NCBI RefSeq assembly: GCF_006345805.1 | Contig: NC_042998.1 | Location: forward strand, 1-64,000 | Source of the DNA: Octopus sinensis | Lineage: Eukaryota | DNA: 64,000 bases | Reading direction: 5' to 3' | The notes under the pieces: generated by a model | Seen by the model: the letters and a program-made list of their open reading frames with translations, nothing else | Told to the model about the DNA's origin: nothing | The model's database searches: none | Program-made: the position numbers and the translations under genes | Shown: in pieces, positions 39,986 to 51,427 of the stretch | Layout: each line of letters starts with the position of its first letter | Position numbering within the stretch: the first letter of the stretch is position 1

Positions 39986-40585
39986 AACAATATAAAGCTA
40001 GCGCAGTGTACGACTTCACTACCTTAAATAGGATTTGCAAAGCCAATTTTGACATCATAATATCCTCACAACACATGTGTGAATAGTATTCATTATTCGG
40101 GATCATCTTTGACACTGACTGTTGACTATACTAATGAGTATAGCAGATCTATATATACTCCATTATCCGGCAATATCGGTGATAAGGTAAATACCATAGA
40201 ACGAGGATCCCACACTTTGGATAAAATAATAGACAGAGTAAGAATATCTTTCTTAAAGCTGAGTTCTTCATCGAAGTATCGTTTAATGATGACCTGTTTA
40301 AGTTCATTAACTTTAAGTCCATCATATATTCAAGCTGTGTAGTCCTCGAAGAAAAAGAAAAAAAGAACATTTCTAGTTTTTCAAGAAAATTTCTCAAAAT
40401 CAGATTCTCTCGCTGCGAGAGAATCGGGCCACCAGAGTCGAAAGCATTTGTCTGAATGTCATAGTGTATCAAAGGTGAGAGGCAGTGACACTTTTAAAAT
40501 CTCACTTTTCTATTAAATTTACATCTTTAAGTGTTTCTGCAAACATACTAAGTTGTTTGCAAGTATTTCACGTTTGGAAGAAAGT

Positions 40586-40655
<70 letters not shown>

Positions 40656-40810
40656 TGATAAAAAAACTTACTTAAAGCTTGTTTACAACAGACACAGATG
40701 GATGAGTATTTAAATACACATCCAAATATATATGCATATATATATGTGTGTGTGTGTATGTATATATGCATGTGTATGTATATATACATGTGTATTCTCA
40801 CAGATACGTA

Positions 40811-40854
<44 letters not shown>

Positions 40855-41119
40855 TCTTGCTCCTCTCCCTCATTTGAGGTGTGTATGTGTACTTGCACGA
40901 GCGACGGTGTGTATATGCATATATATATATATATATTTATTTACACACACACACACACACACAGACAGAGAGACAGACAACAGACAGACACACATACACA
41001 CACACATACATATAATGATCACTCTCTCGATTTATGTATATGTATATAGGTATGTGCATGTATCTAAATATATGTATACATATCTTTACATGCAAAGATA
41101 TATATGTAAATATATATGC

Positions 41120-41154
<35 letters not shown>

Positions 41155-41157
<3 letters not shown>

Positions 41158-41340
41158 GGTCCCGGGTTGATTCGGGGTTAACCACAGTAAATAAGGTACT
41201 CAATACATAGCAGAGTAAAATTAATTTATTATATAGAAGGAGCTTCTACAGGACTAGAACTGTTTCATTCAAGAGAAATCTTCAGGAAGCTTCCTGAAGA
41301 TTTCTCTTGAATGAAACAGTTCTAGTCCTGTAGAAGCTCC

Positions 41341-41349
<9 letters not shown>
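41155..41349. ncRNA. P1 element (minus) with a perfect 120-bp palindrome (41230-41349) holding two opposed hammerheads (41241-41291 minus, 41288-41338 plus)
   Basis: Centre AAGCTT at 41287-41292. Each arm reads AGCUUC-CUGAAGA-UUUCUCUUGAAU-GAAA-CAG(UUCUAGUC)CUG-UA-GAAGCU. 41155-41240 is the reverse complement of 21950-22034. Confidence 0.85.
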
Positions 41350-41417
<68 letters not shown>

Positions 41418-41495
41418 TATATATATATATACATGCATACATACATACACACATACATACATACATACATACATACATACATACATACTACATAC

Positions 41496-41550
<55 letters not shown>

Positions 41551-42045
41551 ATTATATATATAATATATATACGTGTGCGTGCACAGAAGCACATAAACAC
41601 ACACACATACACGCAGAGATAAACTGACAACACCACTATGTCTTGCCAACTGAGGAGAATATATTTCACCGAAGATATTTAATAAGCCCAAAGCGTATTC
41701 GTTGCCTCCACCAGTCAACTGTTGTACTTATATTTCGGTAGTCTTCTTGTTACAAAAATATCTATTTGTTGATTTTATTGTAGTTATCTCCCTTTATTGT
41801 TATTTTAGATTTTAAACACGAGCGGGATTATCTACCTACGGTCTGTATGAATAATCACAGTCAAACAAAGTCTTGCTATCCGCTATAGCATATCTGACAA
41901 CCTACATCATGAAAATATCTAACATTATTTCAAATTTATTATGCGTAATACTTTAATTTTTGAAGGAAGGAGTTATGTCTTGAGAATATAACAATTATTC
42001 AGTTTACATTGCGTGTACGTCAATCATTATATGTGTTAGGCTTAA

Positions 42046-42239
42046 GGCGGCGAGCTGGCAGAGTGGTTAGCACGCTGGGCGAAATGCGTAACCGTATTTC
42101 GTCTGCCGTTACGTTCTGAGTTCAAATTCCGCCGAGGTCGACTTTGCCTTTCATCCTTTCGGGGTCGATAAATTAAGAACCAGTACACACTGGAGTCGAT
42201 ATCTAACCTTGTTTAGCCCCTTGTGGGTAGTAAAGAAAT
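42046..42239 (+). mobile_element. OK-like SINE
   Basis: GGCGGCGAGCTGGCAGAGTGGTTAGCACG head and conserved core. Confidence 0.9.
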
Positions 42240-42669
42240 GATTATGTGTTAGGCTGCTGATGACGAGTGTACGTTTGACGTGCATGATGATTGTGAATCT
42301 TATTGAAATTCTTGTACTCGGGATCTTGGTTTATGGTGGTTTTGTTGTGATATATTATACTACACATTAATATTGTATGATCGTCCTTCACAGGGATTCT
42401 AATTTTGGTATGGGTTAATACTTTTTAGGGGTTTCTAGATTATGGAGGTTTTGCTATAGATAAACATAATGGTTTCATACTTTGGTATAAGGCCGGTAAT
42501 TTTAGGGGAGGGGTAAACCGATCCTTGAAAGGTTAAAAAGCAAAGTCGACTTCAGCAGTATTTGAATTCACGATGTAATGCTACAAGAATAGCTGCTAAG
42601 TATTTTGTCCGACGTCCTAACGATTCTACTAGTTCTTTACCTGGAACATGACTTGGAGTTTTTGAGGAG

Positions 42670-43023
42670 GGGCTTGTCGATTACATAGACCCCTATGCTC
42701 GACTGCTACTTATTTTGTCGACCCGAAAAGATGACAGGTAAAGTCGATCTAAGCGGAATTTGAACTCAGAACATAAAGACGGACGAAATACCTATTTCTT
42801 TACTACCCACAAGAGGCTAAACACAGAGAGGACAAACAAGGACAGATAAACGGATTAAGTCGATTACATTGACCCCAGTGTGTAACTGGCACTTTATTTA
42901 TCGACCCCGAAAGGATGAAAGGCAAAGTCGACCTCGGCGGAATTTGAACTCAGAACATAGCGGCAGACGAAATACCGCTAAGCATTTTGTTTGGCATACA
43001 CACGAGTCCGTCTGCTCGCTGCC
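42670..43023 (-). mobile_element. Tandem/multimeric OK-like SINE
   Basis: The core TATCGACCCCGAAAGGATGA..GGAATTTGAACTCAGAAC is present twice. Confidence 0.85.
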
Positions 43024-43179
43024 ATTTCCTTCTAAGTTTTTCAACGAGATCAGAGGTGTGAATTGCAACGACCCCAGTGGAGCTCTGCAACATTTGAACC
43101 CAGGAAGAGCCGGAAGTAATACTGCAATGCATTTTGTCCGGTATTAATGATTCTGCCAGCTTGCCGTCTTGCATATATA

Positions 43180-43243
<64 letters not shown>

Positions 43244-43254
43244 ATATATTTATT

Positions 43255-43545
43255 ATTATATAGAAGGAGCTTCTACAGGACTAGTACTGTTTCATTCAAG
43301 AGAAATCTTCAGGAAGCCACCTGAAGAATGTCTAAGATGTGCTGACACGAAACGATCGTAGTGGTTATTCATATGTTAAATTTTAATTTATATAAATTAT
43401 TTTATGCATTGGCTTAAGTCTTTCTTTGTTTGATTTGTATAATAGTGGTTTTGTCTCTAATTTGATATAATATAATATTTTACTATAAAATTGGATTCAA
43501 TCTTAAATCTGATTTTTCCTTGTAAATTTGGATTTATTCCCTAAT
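43255..43545. ncRNA. Back-to-back hammerheads: P1 (43269-43317, minus) fused to P2 (43315-43366, plus) with the P2 body downstream
   Basis: P2 reads AGCCAC-CUGAAGA-A-UGUC(11 nt)GACA-C-GAAA-CGAUCG-UA-GUGGUU. The P1 arm matches the 41 kb copy except the loop UACUAGUC. Confidence 0.8.
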
Positions 43546-43689
43546 ATTTATTATTATATATATATATATAATGGTATATAAAAATAATAATAGAGAAAAA
43601 ATATAGTGCTATAAATATTAAAAAATGTTAACATTCAAGTGAAGAAATAGAATAAACATAAATATGTAGTGAATTACAGGTAAAACTCA

Positions 43690-43815
43690 TTTTTGCCAGT
43701 TGAGTGGACTGGAGCAACGTGAACTAAAATGTTTTGCTCAAAGACAATGCGCCGCCGAGAATCGAACTCACGACCTTATGACAGTGAGCCGGATATCCTA
43801 ACCGCTAAGCCAGGC
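43690..43815 (-). mobile_element. CORE-SINE, second family (as at 63515)
   Basis: Reverse complement has a tRNA head (GCCTGGCTTAGCGGTTAGG..GTGAGTTCGATTC) and CACGTTGCTCCAGTCCACTCAACTGG. Confidence 0.75.
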
Positions 43816-44064
43816 AACATTTAGATTTAATAGTAACAACAGACACAAATTTATTTATTTTATATAAAAGTTGTGATCAACATTGTCACCAGTTAAAGAT
43901 TTCAAATGGATCCCTAACTGATTTCACTAAATTTCTGACGGTGTGAGTTTTTCGCTTTTCTCGCAGATGTTAATACTCTTCGCTGATATATATCGGTAAA
44001 AGACACCCACATACTTCACACTAGTACATACATGAGACAGAACATTACAGAACGCTCCCTTGAA

Positions 44065-44345
44065 ATGTTTTCTCTTAGCTATCTTATTTCTTTACAAGGG
44101 GCTAAACTCAGAGGAGACAAAACACAAGGGGTTAAACACAGAGGCTAAACACAAGGGGCTAAACACAGAGGAGACAAACAAGGATAGACAGACGGATTAA
44201 GTGCGAAACTGGTACTTAATTTATCGACCCCGAAAGGTTGAAAGGTAAAGTCGACCTCGGCGGAATTTGAACTCAGAACGTAACGGCAGACGAAATACGG
44301 CTACGCATTTCGCCCGTCGTGCTAACATTTCTGCCGACTCGTCGT
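44065..44345 (-). mobile_element. OK-like SINE
   Basis: Conserved core plus a duplicated tail motif GGCTAAACACA. Confidence 0.85.
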
Positions 44346-44746
44346 TTCTCTTAGCTATCTTGTTGGTATTCATAATCAGTATAAACAAGATAAACAGAAC
44401 TTAGTACATGTGTATACGTATTTTAAAAATTATTTTTAACAAGCAGAAGTTACAAAGTGACTCAAGGCCTAAAAGTTTCGTGTATGACATTTTCAAAATT
44501 CCTAAACCTTGAATTACTTATCACTTTGTAACATCTGCTTCTCTCTCTCACACACACATATGCACACACAAGTGCGCGCGGGTGTTTCCCTTTCAAATTC
44601 GCCAATGTCAGCCTCAGTTTCCATATCTTCAGTCTCGACTGCCTTGTCGTCTACCTCGATTTCATCATCGTCAACTTTAATTTCGTCATCGTCAACATAA
44701 ATGTCGTCACTGTAGGATATCAATGATTACTTTTAGAATTGTGAAA

Positions 44747-45795
44747 GTTAGTTAGTAAATTTTTTGGTTCAAAAAGCAAAAAGCAAGGCCATGTAGGGGG
44801 ACATGGAGTTATGTACAGGGTGGTGTTCATGTAAAGAGTTCAGGCCACTTGTGGTCAAGGGAGACTTTGAACCGAGCGGTCGTCGGCATCTTCACTATCT
44901 CGTCCGGCAGCTTATTCCACGGATCCGCAACCCGGACGGAGAAAGCTCCTCTCCTTCGATTGAGACGAAATCGTCGCAGATAGAGCTTTTCGGAGTAACT
45001 CCGCAGCCGAAGCTCTGGAGCAGGAGTGAAGAACAGCTCTTTCGAGGTTACACTTTCCGCTTATGATGTTGTGAGCAAGAATGAGATCACCACGGTGTCG
45101 TCGTTTTTCTAGAGAATAAAGGTCGAGCGTCTTCAGCCTTTCTTCATAAGACAAATGCTTGAGACCAAGAACCATGCGGGTAGCCAGCTTCTGGATTCTT
45201 TCGAGATGCTGTATGTCTTTATGGAGATAAGGAGAAGAGGCTTGAATCCCGTACTCCAATATGGGTCTCACCAGCGTGACATAGAGCGGTAGGAATATGG
45301 CTGCTGTGAGCATTCCGAATGACCGTCGAATCAAGAACAGAACTCCGCGTGCTTTGTTGGCAGCATGGACGCACTGGGCCGAAGGCGAAAAGGAAGAATC
45401 CACCAAGATACCCAGGTCCTTTACCTGGTCGGTCATCTCCAGCAGCAGACGACCCGGCTCGAAATCAAGTTGAGTTGCAGGAGGAGAGCCAACAGGCAGA
45501 TGACAGCACTTTGACACGTTCAGACACAGGTCCCATTCATTAGACCATCTCAAAATTTGGTGAAGGCATCGACGAAGATCCTCTATATCACCGCAAGGAG
45601 CGACCAGTTTGACATTATCGGCAAATAGAAGGGTGTGTTGCGTGAGGTCGTCGGGCAAGTCATTTATGAAGACTAAGAACAATAAGGGCCCAAGTACTGT
45701 ACCTTGAGGCACGCCACTGCTCGCACTGGAGACGTCGGACAGCGAACCATTAACTTGGACTTGGAAGGAGCGATCTGAGAGGAAGGCACCAACCC
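44747..45795 (-). mobile_element. 3' 1-kb copy of the LINE family at 33752-36432
   Basis: Near-colinear with 33800-34845. ORF 44912-45712 has PQGTVLGPLLFL and FADN. Confidence 0.95.
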
Positions 45796-45972
45796 ATCGT
45801 TATCAACATTAAAATGTTTTGTATAATAAAAGTTGTCGCATCGTATCTTACCATAAATATACAGACATCATGACACCTGTGCACGCGTACACACATACAC
45901 AACACATACACACACACATTTACATTATATATGTACATATTGCACATGCATATATATATATATAAACACACA

Positions 45973-46011
<39 letters not shown>

Positions 46012-46119
46012 CTGTGTATATGGAAATACTCTCTTTCTCACAAACACATACACACAAATATAATTTACTTAATTGCTTCTAATTTTTCGCATCAAGGACG
46101 ATAGAGTGGCAATGGTAAG

Positions 46120-46510
46120 TTGGCGAACTGGCAGAAACGTTAGCACGCCGGGCGAAATGCGTAGCCGTATTTCATCTGCCGTTACGTTCAGAGTTCAAAT
46201 TCCGCCGAGGTCGACTTTGCCTTTCATCCTTTCGAGGTTGATAAATTAAGTACCAGTTGCACACTGGGGTCGATATAATCGACTTAATCCGTCTGTGTGT
46301 CCTTGTTTGTCTCCTCTGTATTTAGCCCCTTGTGAGTAGTATAGAAATAGGTATTTCGTCTGCCGCTACGTTCTGAATTAAAATTCCGCCGAGATCGATT
46401 TTGCTTTCATCCTTTCGGGGTCGATAAATTAAGTACCAGTTGCGTACTGGAGTCAATCTAATCGACTGGCCCCCTTCCCCAAAATTTCGGGCTTTGTGCC
46501 TAGATTAGAA
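46120..46510 (+). mobile_element. Dimeric OK-like SINE
   Basis: Head, core and tail followed by a second core. Confidence 0.88.
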
Positions 46511-46514
46511 AAGA

Positions 46515-46960
46515 ATATAGTGGCGATGGTTTTAACAATTTCATACAACATCAAGTTCATGCCATGGATAGATTCAGAAACGACCTGATAGAAATATTCA
46601 ATGAATTCGACCTAAATATCTGCATTAGACCAACCTAACAATAGTTAATTTATAGACTTTACAAAAGATCTAAACAGAAGTAAACACTATCTTTACAAAA
46701 AATAAAAATAAAAGAAACCATATACATATGTAAGGAATCTAACCACATTTTAGTCATAATTACGAAACTTGTATACTGTACAAATAAATGAGCTTCCTAC
46801 TTGCAGGGACATTTACAACAAAGTCGTTCCTTATTACAGAAATGCACCAGTAAGAAGTAGCTATTGTGAGAAACAAGGATACAAAGAATAGCCTCAACAC
46901 AGGATCAGAACGAGATAAAAGAAATTAACCTGGTTCAATCCACTATTCAGTATTATGATT
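46515..46960 (+). mobile_element. Penelope-like element reverse transcriptase fragment (decayed)
   Basis: YSGDG (YRDDG-like), AMDRFRNDLIEIFNEFDLNI, TNLTIVN, IHICKESNH-like, YNKVVPYYRNA and TWFNPLFS: the Penelope RT palm/thumb to linker WFNPP(F/Y)S signature. Confidence 0.8.
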
Positions 46961-47368
46961 GCAGATAACATTACAGCCACAGACATTTTATCTCTTGTAA
47001 GATGCCATTTTCCACTTCAGCGGGATTTAAACACAGAGTGTAGACGTTTGGTGGACCAAATACTGCACAGACTTTCAGTTCGACACAGCTTTATGCGTTA
47101 GATTAATGTAGTCATAAATGCGCAGTGTCTGAAAAATAGACGGAATGGTAACGACTGGAACACTTTTGACCACAGACCTACGCAATTAGGGTGGTTCGAG
47201 GACTAAACAACAATGACTGCATTCTGGAATTAGACTTCTCGACCGTAGATGATCGTCTTATACTTATTCGCTTATCTAATATCTTTTGAGATAAGGCGTC
47301 CATTGAAAAATCTCTTCCTCTACGCTCTCTCTAACACATACACATGCATACATTCATACTCCTCCCCA

Positions 47369-47423
<55 letters not shown>

Positions 47424-48859
47424 TAGGTATATGTACACTCATAAACATGAAGTCATATATTTGTTAAATAACAAGATCATCTTTTAAAATTCCTTTTTAC
47501 ACGGAAGCTATAACTATTCTAGATATTTACACAATTTATGCTTTCATTTTTAATTGTATTGATTCCATTAGCAGTATAATAGCAGCAAAATCTGTATTCA
47601 CCAAATATGTAGTGAGTTATTTTACTAGTAATATAATACATTTACTATACAGTACATCGTCATATTTTTCCTTCTTTACCCCTCTCGTCACAAAAAAAAA
47701 TCCTCATTTATTTTTCTACACAACCTACGAATGAATGGAATTTATCGTAGTATCTCCATTTTCATAACTAAGAATAAGTACACTCATCTAGTAAAAATAC
47801 CGAAAATAGCGATAATCATTAAATCAAACAAGATGTAAAAATGAAAAAAAAGTGGAACTATATAAGCCAATCGTTTGCTTGAACATTATGTACATATTCT
47901 ATGTAGATTTTTCTGAGTTGCTTTTTCTGAGATCATTTCAAGTCTAACAATGTAATCACAAACAAGCACGCTGATGGGGAAATGGGTATTTTAATGCTCT
48001 GTCGAACATCTTCTAATAAATAAAGCTAATTATCTGAAGTTGTGTACATAATAAAATACCTAATTAAAAATAAAAAACCTTCAAGAAATGTAATTTGACT
48101 CTGCTCATTACTTATTACTGCTGTAATAACCGCTGTTCACAAGACAACCAGCCAGTTCCAATGAACAATCTCACAAAGCGTTGTCCAATCAATTATTAAA
48201 CTAAGAACTAAAATATGACAATTGCTTAAATCTTCGTAAAATTTTCAACAGAAATTTTCCAAGTAGCTTTGTTGATACTTATGACTTTTATAGTTTTGTT
48301 ATAGAAACCCAGTACTTAAAATGCTAGAATCAACGATAAAGAAGGATTCCAAGATGATCATTATTATTTTTAAAGCTAGCAATTAAGAAAATGAAAATAA
48401 TTTGTACTAGAAATATCTTCTGTGATGGAAAAAATACCAGACTTACAACATTTTAAATAGTTTTCTTCTTGGAAGCCATTCCCAATAAGGCAACATGCAA
48501 CCAGCAATGAAACGCCTCAAATAACCATTTAGTATGTTGGCAGTTACAAAATAAAAGGAAGGAAAACAATCTAATGAGATGTTGCTCTAAGAATCATAAA
48601 ACCGTCAATGCAAAATGTAAAAGGATTAAAACCATATTGATATGGGAAGCAAAAGGAAGCGAAGTCCATATGATATATGTTCAAGGAAAGAAACCACTGG
48701 AGAAGAAACTTTTCTTAGAGGGATATAAGAAGTGTCACTCTGACAGAATATTTCAATCTAAACGGCTCTTCTATTTTCCTAATAGATATCTCGCCACTGA
48801 TTTTATTCTTGTTCTGGGGAATTGGATTTCGCTACTGTAAACCATTATTTCACTTTATA

Positions 48860-49395
48860 CTGGTTTCAAATTTTGGCACACGGTCAGTAGTTTACGGTAG
48901 GTGGAGGGCGGCAAGTCGATTGACTCCAGTGCTCAGCTGGTGCTTATTTTATCGACCCGAAAAGATTAAAATTAAAGTCGACCTTGGCGGAATTTGAAGT
49001 CAGAAGTGGTTCTTATTTCATCGACCCCTTTCGGGGTCGATAAAAATAAGTACCATTTACGCACTGGAGTCGATGTAATCGACTAGCCTCTCTTCCAAAT
49101 TTCAGGCCTTGTGCCTATAGTAGAGAGGATTCTTCTTCTTCTTCTTCTTCTTCTTCTTCTTCTTCTTCTTCTTCTTCTTCTTCTTCTTCTTCTTCTTCTT
49201 CTTCTTCTTCTTCTTCTTCTTCTTCTTCTTCTTCAGGTGGCGAGTTGTCGAAACGTTAGCGCGCCGGGCAAAATGCTTAGCGGCATTTCACCTGTCTTTA
49301 CGTTGAGTGGGGTCGATAAAATAAGTACCAGTGGAGCACTGAGGTCGATATAATCGACTTCTCCACGTCTCACAAATTTGCTGGTCTCTTGCAAA
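48860..49395 (+). mobile_element. OK-like SINE pieces flanking a (TTC)n run (49130-49234)
   Basis: Cores in both orientations at 48860-49110, and a head GGTGGCGAGTTGTCGAAACGTTAGC at 49236. Confidence 0.75.
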
Positions 49396-50325
49396 AATTT
49401 GAAACTATTATTGCTGTTGTTATTGCTGCTGTTGTTATCGTTATTATCATTAATTATCAATTATCATTGGATTTGTACTGACCAAGTATGAAGTGGACAG
49501 TGCAGATAATGTACATATGAAAGGTCATGAGTAACCAAAAGTAAAAATGTAATTTAAACGTCCATTGCCAATGTTTGTTGTAGCTACAAATCTAGGACAT
49601 ATACGGTTAATTATGGACATTAATGGTTCTGTTTCCACAATTTAGAACAGATATAGTGTAAATATACACATGAGCGGTTGTGTCGATAAAAATCTGGGAC
49701 AGATATAGACTTAAATGTTTGAATAGTTTCGTAGATATAGGAAACCGGACTAAACCGAGACTAAGAAAATGAAACAAACATACAATTGTTGAGTCAATAG
49801 CCAGTCGACTGTGAATGATTATTTTATGAGATTTCAAACATAAGTTGTTGAAGTTTTATCACGAAATACTAGCCTGCTAATTCATTTATTTTTTTCCATT
49901 TTGACACCAATGGACTTGAAGAATGACTTATTGATTTAATAAAGAGATAACACATGGTTTGACCGTACAAGATAGTATGTGCGTGTAATGTGCGTGCGTA
50001 TGATATATGTATGAAATATAACACGTGATATATGATACATACACACACGCGCGTACCTGCGTGTTGTTAATAATACCCAGAAGAAAGTGTTTCTTCTTCA
50101 CTCACCAAAGTGAATGGGGCTTTCCTCAGGAGGAACTGATGTCACCAGACGGTATCCAACGAACATCGGCTGTTTCAACCTTCAACCGAAACACCCTCTC
50201 GCTGGTGGGTCAGCAGAGGAAGCCAAATAATTAATTAATAACACACGCACGCACACACACACACACACACACACACAGCTGGTGAGAATTACATTTTCTC
50301 TAGATTGTTCTAGATCGAATGTATG

Positions 50326-50364
<39 letters not shown>

Positions 50365-51375
50365 ATACGAGGTCAGTTGAGAAAAAAAGTGCTATGACCC
50401 ACTTTTGTTGGTTTGTAGTCGGAGAGTCTGGAAAAAGTTATGGCACTTTGTTCTGTCATTTTCTGGAGAAATTAATGGGTTTGGAAGAGACCTCTGACTC
50501 TTTTCCGGTCAAGCAGAGTTTAAGAAACCGCCCCTTAAAATGCGACGAGCTGGGTTGGTGATCAGTTGGCGAGAGAGGTTGGCCTGGGTTGGTCAGTTCT
50601 GCCAGAGACAGCAAAAGGGCCGGAAAGGAGTCAGTTGGCAAAAGACAGCAGTCGATACGGACGGTCAGCTAAGAAGGTGGTGATGGCGAGAGGCAACGAC
50701 AACGTTGAGAAAGACAGACAGTGAATGTGAGAGATGACAAGCGAGAGGTAGAGAAGAGGATGACAGCGTGGCGAGAAAGACAGGCAGATAGCATTAGGGA
50801 CATGTAGAGCGAAAGGAGAGGGTTTACGGCGAAAAGGCACGGCTATTGTAGTAGGAGTTTGTAACAGTATGTTTTGTTTATGTTTTTGATGTGAAATGTA
50901 AAAGAAACGAGATTGTGACGTAAATTGTAATCTGTTGTAAAGAACAAAAAAGGAACTGTGAATTGAGGTGAAGAGGAAGAAAAGAATTGTTGAGAAAAAA
51001 CTCTATATTGCATCAAAACATTAATGTTTTGATTGTTTCCGGAAGTTCTGTATCGTGCATGCCTTGTTGTTTTCTTTTTAATTCTGTTGCATGCTATTTT
51101 CTTTAATGTATCTGATATGTTTCACGTTTTATTTGATGTTGTAATAATTGTATAAACTGTTGTTAAATGTAAGCGATTGCCTTCCGCCGTGTCTCTCTTC
51201 CTCCTGTTGTTGTTGTTGTTGTTGTTATCTCCGGTCGGCGGTTCGAGTTCGCTGCCATCCCCCACCACCGTTTTCTCTCTGTGGCGGATTCCGTTCGACT
51301 GAGTCTGGTCAATCGTCGTCGCTCGACTTAGTAGGGTCCCGGGTTCGAGTTGAGCGACGGCAGGTTAGTAACAAC

Positions 51376-51393
51376 TGGTGTCAGTAGTGGGAT
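51376..51393 (+). promoter_or_regulatory. Primer-binding site, tRNA-Leu type
   Basis: TGGTGTCAGTAGTGGGAT lies 2 nt after the LTR and is complementary to tRNA-Leu 3' ends (..AUCCCACU(U/A/C)CUGACA-CCA). Confidence 0.88.
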
Positions 51394-51427
51394 TATCCTG
51401 ATTGCTGCAGTCGATCGGTTGTTCGCC

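Noticed and set aside
40150-40360. Minus-frame YDGLKVNELKQVIIKRYF.., SAP-motif-like
   Set aside because: Bracketed by stops, the motif is too short, and there are no supporting exons or TE context.
47928-47937. bantam-like TGAGATCATT
   Set aside because: The rest of the mature sequence and a complementary arm are absent.
48574-48840. 88-aa Lys-rich ORF
   Set aside because: No recognisable motif or splice context; compatible with chance in A-rich DNA.
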